This document shows positions 53,866 to 64,000 of a DNA stretch of 64,000 nucleotides, piece after piece. The position numbers and the translations under genes were made by a program. This DNA is from Octopus sinensis (lineage: Eukaryota). Every line of letters begins with the position of its first letter. The stretch's first letter is position 1. The stretch is taken from assembly GCF_006345805.1 (NCBI RefSeq), contig NC_043008.1:14632001-14696000 (forward strand), written 5' to 3'. The notes under the pieces are model-generated. The model had not been told where the DNA came from. It made no database searches and worked only from the letters and a program-made list of their open reading frames with translations.

Positions 53866-54737
53866 TTCGATCTGTAGAAAAGGCATAGGTAGAAACTCAA
53901 TAAGATGTACCCAGTGTAAGCTATGGACACATAAGAGGTGCAGCAATATCAAAGGAAGGCTAACTGGGAAGATAGTTTTTGTATGTGGCAGATGCTCAGG
54001 AGCAATAAACAATGAAAATCTGCAAAGAAAAACCTCTGCCACATTCCAGGGAGAAAAACTAGAAATGGTTGATAGCTTCCGTTACCTAGGTGACCAAGTC
54101 AGTAGTGGAGGTGGGTGCTCTGAAAGTGTAACTGCTAGAATAAGAATAGCCTAGGCAAAGTTCAGAGAGCCCTTACCTCTACTGGTGACAAAGGGCCTCT
54201 CACTCAGAGTAAAAGGTAGACTGTATGACGCATGTGTACGAACAGCCATGCTACATGACAGTGAAACATGGGCCGTGACTGCTGAGGACATGTGTAAGCT
54301 TGCAAGGAATGAAGCCAGCATGCTCCGATGGATGTGTAATGTCAGTGTGCATACTCGACAGAGTGTAAGTACCTTGAGAGAAAAGTTGGACCAAAGAAGC
54401 ATCAGATGTGGTGGGCAAGAAAGACGATTGCGCTGGTATAGTCATATGGTGAGAATGGATAGCTGTGTGAAGAAGTGTCACACCCTAGTGGCTGAGGGAA
54501 CCTGTTGAAGAAGTAGACCCAGGAAGACCTGAGATGAAGAGGTGAAGCATGACCTTCGAACATTAGGCCTCACTGAGGCAGTGACTAGTGACCGAGACCT
54601 TTGGAAATATGCTGTGCTTGAGAAGACCCGCCAAACCAAGTGAGACCATAACCCATGGCCTATGCCAGTGGTGTAACCATCCCACTTATGCGTACCTTTC
54701 CTTCTTTGGACAATAAATTCTGCTTGCGAAAACCTGT
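53866..54737 (+). mobile_element. RTE LINE fragment with PHD-like Cys cluster inside ORF2
   Basis: CSICRKGIGRNSIRCTQCKLWTHKRCSNIKG...FVCGRC then VDSFRYLGDQVSSGGGCSESVTARIR...KGRLYDACVRTAMLHDSETW...LRWYSHMVRM; in-frame stops present. Confidence 0.92.
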
Positions 54738-54828
54738 TTAACAACAAACAAGATGAGGACAAATATCCGTCAAATGTAAATAATGTAAATAATGTACATA
54801 ATTCCTCATCTCTTAAATGTAGAACTGT
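54738..54828 (+). mobile_element. 3' part of the hammerhead-bearing module, starting just past the predicted cleavage site
   Basis: ttaacaacaaacaagatgaggacaaatatccgtcaaatgtaaataatgta...agaactgt matches 30187-30238 and 63128-63218. Confidence 0.8.
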
Positions 54829-55080
54829 AATATTCATTTCCAATACTCTGCAAAAGCATGTTAGGCCATTGAAAATCTGCTTTGATAACCTCTGTCTTTA
54901 CCCATACAAACATGGAAAAGTGGATATTAAAATGTTGATAATGTTGATAACGAAGATAGGGATTAATTAATTTTTTTGTCTTAGTTTGTGTATAAAAGAC
55001 TTTTTATTTTTGGAAAATTTTTTTTGTATCACTTACAGAATTTTTTTTTATATTTCATTTGTTTTGTATCTTGGCAACAG

Positions 55081-55175
55081 AAAATTGGAACAGATTATAA
55101 AAGAAAGCTTTTGACAAGCAGCCAGTGTCAATGATATATAGAACTGGTCATTAAGAGGCAGGGACTGTTATTTTG
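55081..55175 (+). other. Candidate non-coding exon
   Basis: Acceptor tatttcatttgttttgtatcttggcaacag and donor ttg|gtaagc; stops in all three frames. Confidence 0.25.
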
Positions 55176-55884
55176 GTAAGCATTGTTTCTTTATTTCTTC
55201 TTTTCTCTCTCAATCTTGAAAAGTAAGTCAAGGTTAACAGCCGACTTATTGAAAAATTTCTCATTCCGTGTATAACATGCAGTCATTGTTAAAAGCAAAG
55301 TCTAATATTCGACAAAATTTTGGTAGTTAAATTGGAAACTTTACAAAAGATTAGATATCTCTGCTTCAAATAAAAAGAACACAAACAAAACAAAACAAAT
55401 TAATACAAAGTAGAACTAAAAATGCCAAAATACGAAGAAAGCTGTTAAAACAAATTCGCAGATCACAAGAGACAGTTTTACCTCTGAGGAGATATAAAGA
55501 TAAATTCTGAGACTACACCAATTATTTGGTGGGTGTAATCAGTATAGGAATCTATATTTTTATTGATTTTTTTTTATTATTATTCCATGAAATATACTTA
55601 ACTGGCTTACTTCCTCCATTTACCTACCAACTTAGGTATTTATTGAATTGCAGAAATTGTAAGATTTTGTTTGAAAAAAAAAAAAAAAAAGTAAATAAAT
55701 AAATAAATTGTCCGTTTGCTTTCTTCTGGAAATTTCCACACATTGGGTCGATGCTGAGATTATTGCTAATATAATTTTAAGATTCTTTCCTTTATCGTTG
55801 AGGTGGAAGATTTTGGAATTTTCCAAGATACTCAGACACGCACTCATGCGCACATATCGAAAGCCCGGCTACCAAAGTACCACA

Positions 55885-55923
<39 letters not shown>

Positions 55924-56892
55924 TGTGTAGATATATATCATCATCATCATTATTTAACGTGTTGTTCATGCTGGCATGGGTTGGACAATTTGACTGGGGC
56001 TGGTAAGCTGAGGGGCAGCACCAGACTCCAGTCTGATTTGGCATGGTTTTTACTAGTTTCAGTCATTTAAACAAATCAATCCTAGGACTTATTCTTTATA
56101 AACCTAGTACTTATTCTATCGGTCTCTTTTGCACACGAGTGGCTGTGTGGTAAGTAGCTTGCTTACCAACCTCATAGTTCCTGGTTCAGTCCCACTGCAT
56201 GGCACCTCATGCAAGTGTCTTCTACTATAGCCATGGGCCAGACTAAGCCTTGTGAGTGAATTTGGTTGATGGAAACTGGAAGAAGCCCTTCATTATATAT
56301 GTATGTGTATATGTTTGTGTGTCTGTGTTTGTCCCCCCCCCCCCCCGCATCACTTGACAACCACTGCTGGTGTGTTTACGTCCCCGTATCTTAGCAGTTC
56401 AGCAAAAGAGATCGATAGAATAAGTACTAGGCTTACAAAGAATAAGTCCTGGGGTCAATTTTCACGACTAAAGGGAATGCTCCAGCATGGCCACAGTCAA
56501 ATGATTGAAACAAGTAAAAAGAATAAAAAGAAAAAAGAATTTTGCTTCTGAACCACATAGTTCCAAGTTCAGTCCAACCCTATGGCATCTTGACCATGCG
56601 TCTTCTTTAGCTCCAGGCTGACCAAAGCCTTGTGAGTGAATTTGGTTGATGAAAACTTTAAGGAAGCCCATCATGTGTGTGTGTGTGTTTTACAACTGCT
56701 TTACATCTGGTGTTGCTTTGTTTACATCTCCATAATTTAGTAGTTTGGTAAAAAGTGGCCTATAGAATAATTACCAGGCTTAGAAAAAAAAGATACTGGA
56801 TTCAATTTTTTGGGTTAAACCCTTCAAGACAATGCTCCAGAATGGCTAAAGTTCAATGAATGAAAGGTAAAGGATAAAAGATATATACATAC

Positions 56893-56935
<43 letters not shown>

Positions 56936-57144
56936 CTGATCACGTGTCTGACCAGGTTTTCAGATGCTGTTACACAATGCTGGTCACAATTTGCATTTTG
57001 CATTGTTTTAGCCTTCAAATGACACCACACTGCTGGCTAGGCAACCAGGCCAACATTCCCCCTTGATCGAAGGGGGGTGATTGGAGCAATATGAAATGAA
57101 GTGTTTTGCTGAAGTACACAATGTGTCACCCAGTGTGTATATAT

Positions 57145-57176
<32 letters not shown>

Positions 57177-57419
57177 TTAACGTTCGATTTTCCATGCTAG
57201 CATGGGCTGGACGGTTCGACCAGGTTCTGGTAAGTCATGGAAGCTGCACCAGGCTCCAGTCTGGTTTGGCAGAGTTTCTACAGTTGGATGTCCTTCCTAA
57301 TGCCAACCACTCCATGAGTGTAATGGGTGTTTTTTACGTGCCACCGGCACAGGGAACAGAGGGGGCTGCCAATCGGCCACAATCAGTTGGTGCTTTTACG
57401 TGTCACCGACATGGACGCC

Positions 57420-57457
<38 letters not shown>

Positions 57458-57690
57458 ATCCTTTCTACTCTATGCACAAAGCCCAAAATTTTGGGGTGTG
57501 GGACCAGTTGATTAGATCGACCCCAGTACGCAATTGGTTCTTAATTTGTCGACCCCAAAAGGATGAAAGGTGAAGTTGACCTCAGCGGAATTTGAACTCA
57601 GAATGTAAATGAGAGAAAACTGAACTAGTGAGTGTGTTAGATATTAAGGCATTAAGGCAGTATGACTCACCCCTGACACAACAATATGTA

Positions 57691-57727
<37 letters not shown>

Positions 57728-57912
57728 CTGTGTGTGTAATGTTCCATGATGGTAAATTTAACCAAAAAAAAAATACTGCATCTGGTGAGAGATAAATATT
57801 ATTTAATAAACAACAGAGTATATATTTTTTATGAGCTGTTAGTAGCTCATAAAAATATATAGTGTTTATTAAATTTTATATATATACATATATATATATA
57901 CATATATATATA

Positions 57913-57954
<42 letters not shown>

Positions 57955-58042
57955 TATATATGTATATAGAAAAACCGATAGCTATATATATATATTTAAA
58001 TGCATACATATGTATATATAAATGAATATATGTGTGTATATA

Positions 58043-58245
58043 CAGGGTGTCCCTAAAAAGTGTATACGCATACTGAATTGCTATAAAACCAGTGTTTATT
58101 AAAGTCAGTGTTTATTAGATTTCAATTTCAAAATTTAATAGAATCTACAGACAGAATTTGATTTTTATCATGAATGGTTATTTTCAAACTAATGACCATT
58201 CTGGTCCAGGCATTACTGATGATGTGCCACAACAGAATTGTAAAC
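58043..58245 (-). mobile_element. Tc1/mariner-superfamily terminal fragment
   Basis: TA|cagggtgtccctaaaaag terminus; minus strand reads CLDQNGH*FE, a transposase C-terminal pattern. Confidence 0.55.
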
Positions 58246-58324
58246 ATCAAGAAACATAATGTTTATATATGTGTGTGTATTTTCACTCAAATGTTGCCCT
58301 CAGTTCGTCAAGTATTTCTGGTAT

Positions 58325-59456
58325 CGTACCACGGGTCAACACTGCATAGTGCCAAAGATCCCAGCAATGCCATCACGCTTCAGGACCAGTTACTGCAACA
58401 GCCTGGGTTTCAAGGGCTAACAGCTTTTTTTTATATTCTCCCAAAGAGTCTGAGGAACTTGCACAAAGTAGATGATAGTACCAAAGATCCCAGCAATGCC
58501 ATCACGCTTCAGGACCAGTTACTGTAACAGTCTGGGTTTCAAGGGCTCACAGCTTTTTAATATTCTCCTAAAGAGTCTGAGGAACTTGCACAAAGTAGAT
58601 GATAGTACCAAAGATCCCAGCAATGCCATCACGCTTCAGGACTAGTTACTGCAACAGCCTGGGTTTCAAGGGCTAACAGCTTTTTTTTATATTCTCCCAA
58701 AGAGTCTGAGGAACTTGCACAAAGTAGATGATAGTACCAAAGATCCCAGCAATGCCATCACGCTTCAGGACCAGTTACTGTAACAGTCTGGGTTTCAAGG
58801 ACCCACAGCTTTTTTTTATATTCTCCCAAAGAGTTTGAGGAACTTGCACAAAGTAGATGATAGTACCAAAGATCCCAGCAATGCCATCACACTTCAGGAC
58901 CAGTTACTGCAACAGCCTGGGTTTCAAGGACCCACAGCTTTTTAATATTCTCCCAAAGAGTCTGAGGAACTTGCACAAAGTAGATGATAGTACCAAAGAT
59001 CCCAGCAATGCCATCACGCTTCAGGACCAGTTACTGCAACAGCCTGGGTTTCAAGGACCCACAGCTTTTTAATATTCTCCCAAAGAGTCTGAGGAACTTG
59101 CACAACGTAGATGATAGTACCAAAGATCCCAGCAATGCCATCACGCTTCAGGACCAGTTACTGCAACAGCCTGGGTTTCAAGGGCCCACTGCTTTTTAAT
59201 ATTCTCCCAAAGAGTCTGAGGAACTTGCACAAAGTAGATGTAGGGTATTTTAAATCAAAGCTGGATCTCTTCCTGCCGAGAGTCCCAGATGAACCTACCT
59301 CACGGCAAGAGGTGCAAATGAGGGTAGCTATATCAAACTCTATTCGTCACCAAGTGCCACATATTAGAGGAGGCTCTTAGTAATAACAGTGTGGCACAAA
59401 ACGGCGGTGCATCAGCATGGCCGCAGCTCTGAGCTGAAACTAGATAAAAAAAAAAG
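58325..59456 (+). mobile_element. CR1/L2-group LINE 3' end in which a 127-129-bp ORF2 segment is amplified seven times
   Basis: Units start at 58346, 58475, 58602, 58731, 58860, 58987, 59114; the last continues GP.LFNILPKSLRNL...FKSKLDLFL.RVPDEP...SNSI to a stop at 59380, then a 3' UTR and poly(A). Confidence 0.9.
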
Positions 59457-59859
59457 CGTTTTATTTTAAGTATCCCTATGAAGAAGACTCTAGTGGTGTG
59501 AGGTCCGGTGAATGCAGAGGGTATACCACTGAACCTCTTTGTCCAGTCCACCTGTTTGGTAATATTTCATCAAGGTAAGTTGATGGACTGGCTGAATCAT
59601 TAGCACACCAGACTAAATGCTTAGTGGCATTTCATCCATCTTTTTTGCTCTGAGTTCAAATTCCACCAAGGTTGAATTAGCCTTTCATTATCTCAGGCCA
59701 GTTGTGGACTGGGATCGATGTAGTCGATTTACCCCCACTTTGAAATTGCTGGCCTTGTGCCGAAATTTAAAACTAATGTGTTACGAAGGTAGACCATTCC
59801 ATTACTATAGTAGTGTGGATGTGATGCATATTCCTGGAAATAAACCTCACATCTTCAAA

Positions 59860-60502
59860 GACCGAGACTTTTGGAAATATGCTGTGCTTGAGAAGACCCA
59901 GCAAGCCAAGTGAGACCATAACTTTGTGGCCTATGCCAGGGGTGTAACTAGCCCACTTATGCGTACCTTTCCTTCATTGGACACTAAACTCTGCTTGCGA
60001 AGACCTGTTGAGGCAATGGAAATCGAAATCAAATTTGATGACTGGTATCCGTGCTAGTGGAACGCTAAGAGCACCATCTGAGCATGATCACTGCCAGAGC
60101 AGCTAACTGGCTTCCGTGCCGGTGGCACATAAAAAGCACCATTTGAACGTGATCATTACCAGCGTTGCCTTACTGGCACTTTTGCCGATGGCACGTGAAA
60201 AAACATTTAAGCGAGGTCGTTGCCAGTGCCGCTGGACTGGCTCCTGTGCAGGTGGCATGTAAAAAACACCATTTGAATGTGGCCGTTGCCAGTACTGCCT
60301 GACTGGCCCTCATGCTGGTGGCACGTAAAAGCACCCACTACACTCTTGGAGTAGTTGGTGTTACGAAGGGCATCCAAGCTGTAGAAACTCTGCTAGATCA
60401 AGATTGAAGCCTGGTGCAACCATCACGTTTGCCAGTCCTCAGTCAAATCGTCCAACCCATGCAAGCATGGAAAGTGGACGTTAAACGATGATGATGATGA
60501 TG
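59860..60502 (+). mobile_element. RTE LINE 3' UTR with (GAT)n tail
   Basis: Overlaps the end of the 53866 element (gaccgagac...tggaaatatgctgtgcttgagaagacc) and ends ggaaagtggacgttaaacgatgatgat. Confidence 0.9.
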
Positions 60503-60535
<33 letters not shown>

Positions 60536-60659
60536 TATATATATGCATACATACAGAAATGTATATGCTACTTGATTACTTGATCAATTAAATTTCATTA
60601 GTTCTAATGGGTTTAAATCTAAAAGGAAATAAATATATAAATACCAATAGGTATATAAG

Positions 60660-61952
60660 CATGCACACACACACACACACACACACACCACACACATGCA
60701 CACATGCTCTCTCTCTCACACACACACACACATGTTACACATATATTTGAATATATATATGTATGTGTATATGCAGGCACGCACATGCATAGTCTCATAC
60801 ACACGCACATATATTTGAATATATACGTTTGTGTATATATACACACACACACATATATACATGCTCACACAAACACACACACTCACATATATTACACACA
60901 TGTATTTGAATATATATGTATGTGTATACACACATACACACACACATGCATGTATGCTCACACAAACACACACACACATACGTACATATATTGCACACAT
61001 ATATTTGAATATATATGTATATGTATACACACACACACATGCACATATATTACACATATATTTGAATATATACGTTTGTGTATATGCACACACACACACA
61101 CACACATGCATACATGCTCACACAAACACACACACACACATGTACATAAATTACACACATATATTTGAATATATATGTATGTGTATACACACATACACAC
61201 ATGCATACATGCTCACACACCGAGACACACACACATATATTACACACATATATTTGAATATATATATGTATATGTATACACACACACACGCACACACATG
61301 CATAGATGCTCACACACACACCACACACACACACACACACATGCACACATGCTCTCTCTCTCACACACACACACACATGTTACACATATATTTGAATATA
61401 TATATGTATGTGTATATGCAGGCACGCACATGCATAGTCTCATACACACGCACACATATATTTGAATATATACGTTTGTGTATATATACACACACACACA
61501 TATATACATGCTCACACAAACACACACACTCACATATATTACACACATGTATTGAATATATATGTATGTGTATACACACATACACACACACATGCATGTA
61601 TGCTCACACAAACACACACACACATACGTACATATATTGCACACATATATTTGAATATATATGTATATGTATACACACACACACATGCACATATATTACA
61701 CATATATTTGAATATATACGTTTGTGTATATGCACACACACACACACACATGCATACATGCTCACACAAACACACACACACATGTACATAAATTACACAC
61801 ATATATTTGAATATATATGTATGTGTATACACACATACACACATGCATACATGCTCACACACCGAGACACACACACATATATTACACACATATATTTGAA
61901 TATATATATGTATATGTATACACACACACACGCACACACATGCATAGATGCT

Positions 61953-61984
<32 letters not shown>

Positions 61985-62140
61985 TATATTACACACATAT
62001 ATTTGAATATATATGTATGTGTATATACACACACACACATGCATGCTTGCTCACACACACACACACACATATATATTTGAATATATATGTATATGTATGT
62101 ACACACACACACACACTCTCTCTCACACACACACACACAT
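60660..62140. repeat. Microsatellite-derived satellite with ~50-80-bp monomers and a ~645-bp higher-order repeat
   Basis: Monomer anchor acacatatatttgaatatata; atgctctctctctcacac at 60704 and 61349; ccgagacac at about 61221 and 61862. Confidence 0.9.
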
Positions 62141-62523
62141 AAACCATTCTACGTTTCCTTTTATGTCTCCTGTTTTTATTATTCTTTAATACCATTACCA
62201 ATGTCCTCCTTAATATCATTTTTAACTGTTTTAAATCAAACAATTCAACACATTTATAACGAAACAAAAATTTCTCTCTTTAATCAATGGAAATAAAGAA
62301 AAATTCTATAAATATTGAAACTGTTGGAAATAAAACGCTTTACCGAATTTCTACGAAACAACCCGTGAGGACAATAAACCAAGTTTTCATCTAACAGCCT
62401 TTTATTCCCTTCTCTCTTTCATCCTTTCCTTTCTTCTCCATTCCGTTCTTTGTTTTCTGTTCCATTCTTTTCAATTCTTTTCTCTAATTACCTATTTAAT
62501 TCTTCACGCTTATTTAATTAATA

Positions 62524-62608
62524 CTCCCACCTACTTTCACAATCTGGACAGCTTTTTCTTTGGGTCTGCTGGTACAGAATGCTCTGTGTCTGTGTATGTA
62601 TATGTGTG

Positions 62609-62643
<35 letters not shown>

Positions 62644-62990
62644 CAAATAAGAAAATGGAGAGGATATACAATTGATAAACGTCAGCCAGTAAACATTCAA
62701 TTATATCTATTTATTAATTGATTATAAACAAGTGTTTAAGAACATTATTTACATTATTTACATTTGAAGGATATTTGTCCTCATCTTGTTTGTTGTCTTG
62801 GGGAAATTTCGAACCTGGGTCCTCATTCAATGTTGTCATCATCGTCATTGTTGTCGTCGTTGTTACTGCCATCATCATCATCATCATCATCATTCAGGTC
62901 GCCATGGCGTAGTGGTTAAGAGTGCGGGCTACTAACCCCAAGATTCTGAGTTCGATTCCAGACAGTGACCTGAATAACAATAATGCTAAT

Positions 62991-63034
<44 letters not shown>

Positions 63035-63369
63035 CATCGAAAAATACCTTAGGAATGAGAACCCAGGTTCAAAATTTCCCCAAGACACCTGATGAAGGCT
63101 GGAGGGTATATCAGTTGAAATGTTGTGTTAACAGCAAACAAGATGAAGACAAATCTCCATCAAATGTAAATAATGTAAATAATGTACATAATTCTTCATC
63201 TCTTAACTATAGAACTGTGTAGACATGTTTTTTAAGTATTCAATTGCAATATTGCCATGCAATAGTAAGCATTCGGTTAAAAATACGTAGGTACACATCC
63301 AGTAGTATATTGGATATTTAATATGCCTTAGATGGTTTCTTAACCTCTAACTCATACAGACATATATAC

Positions 63370-63448
<79 letters not shown>

Positions 63449-63522
63449 TACACAGACACAGAGCATTCTGTACCAGCAGATGACAAAGAAAAAGCTGTCC
63501 AGATTGTAAAAGTAGGTGGGAG
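62524..63522. mobile_element. Non-autonomous DNA transposon with ~85-bp TIRs and TA duplication
   Basis: TA|ctcccacctactttcacaatctggacagctttttctttg..tctgctggtacagaatgctctgtgtctgtgtatg versus catacacagacacagagcattctgtaccagcaga..caaagaaaaagctgtccagattgtaaaagtaggtgggag|TA. Confidence 0.85.
62897..63218 (+). mobile_element. tRNA-like head + (AAT)n + hammerhead-bearing module
   Basis: 62897-62970: acceptor-like stem ggtcgc/gtgacc, A box tggcgtagtgg, B box gagttcgattcc. 63084-63129: gacac-CTGATGA-aggctg...cagtt-GAAAt-gtt-gtgtt, a decayed hammerhead. Confidence 0.75.
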
Positions 63523-63727
63523 TATGTATATCAATGTATGTATGTATATATATATGTGTATATATATATATATAGTGATAAGTTGAGGTTATAAGAGATA
63601 ATCGTGTCATTGAGACCCAAGGGTGTCAGGTAATGCTGAATAAGTGCTATAGACAGACCATAGTTAAGTTCCAGATTCGGTAATATTGCAAATAAAGGTT
63701 TCAACGTTGGTTCTATGTCAACGTGTG

Positions 63728-63881
63728 TATATAAGAATTTTTTTGCGTAATCAGATAAAATAAACCAAGGCTGTATAGATATTAGAGAATTTATACATAG
63801 AAGGTCTATCTATCTATAAATGCTCTAATATCTACACAGCCTTGGTTTTTTGTCTTATTACGCAAAAAAATTTTTTATATA
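63728..63881. mobile_element. Near-perfect foldback MITE (~70-bp arms) in TA context
   Basis: aatttttttgcgtaatcagataaaataaaccaaggctgtatagatattagagaatttata pairs with tataaatgctctaatatctacacagccttggttttttgtcttattacgcaaaaaaatt. Confidence 0.85.
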
Positions 63882-64000
63882 TATATGTATATATATATGC
63901 GCTGACTACTTTTTTGATGCTTGAAGGAGAGGTGTACATGTAGGTATTTAACCTTTTAACTAAATTATTCATGTATATGCAGAATCTGTTTATCTGCATG

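Noticed and set aside
60831-62006. 391-aa His/Thr/Tyr-rich ORF (likewise those at 11710-12443, 15193-16058, 19498-20080, 46089-46803)
   Set aside because: Simple-repeat translations with no domain content.
62897-62970. Functional tRNA gene
   Set aside because: The anticodon stem pairs at only about 3 positions and the ACT anticodon is atypical; better explained as a SINE head. Heads at 6372, 26046 and 27615 were rejected likewise.

Overview
Eukaryotic, repeat-dominated genomic DNA with one 100-N assembly gap (17301-17400). The tRNA-derived SINE families, RTE/CR1 LINE ends and very high microsatellite load point to a cephalopod, most likely Octopus; this is inference from recalled repeat families, not a database result. 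Almost all entries in the ORF track are translations of microsatellites or SINEs. Only one host-gene exon is well supported: the first coding exon of a glyoxylate/hydroxypyruvate reductase (GRHPR-like) on the minus strand (8114-8345), whose next exons were not found in the window. The rest is a layered fossil record of mobile DNA: at least four SINE families, RTE and CR1 LINE fragments, a decayed Ty1/copia RT missed by the ORF track, mariner, maT-like and pogo-like DNA transposons, Helitron/Helentron-type elements and foldback MITEs. The most interesting signals are (i) a recurrent module carrying a minimal type-I hammerhead ribozyme, in one copy joined to a tRNA-like Pol III head, (ii) head-to-tail arrays built from a SINE body (217 bp) and a LINE ORF2 segment (127-129 bp), (iii) a SINE/LINE shared 3' hairpin with different stem sequence, and (iv) an apparent change in CpG decay across the window. 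No CRISPR array, operon or intact autonomous element is present.
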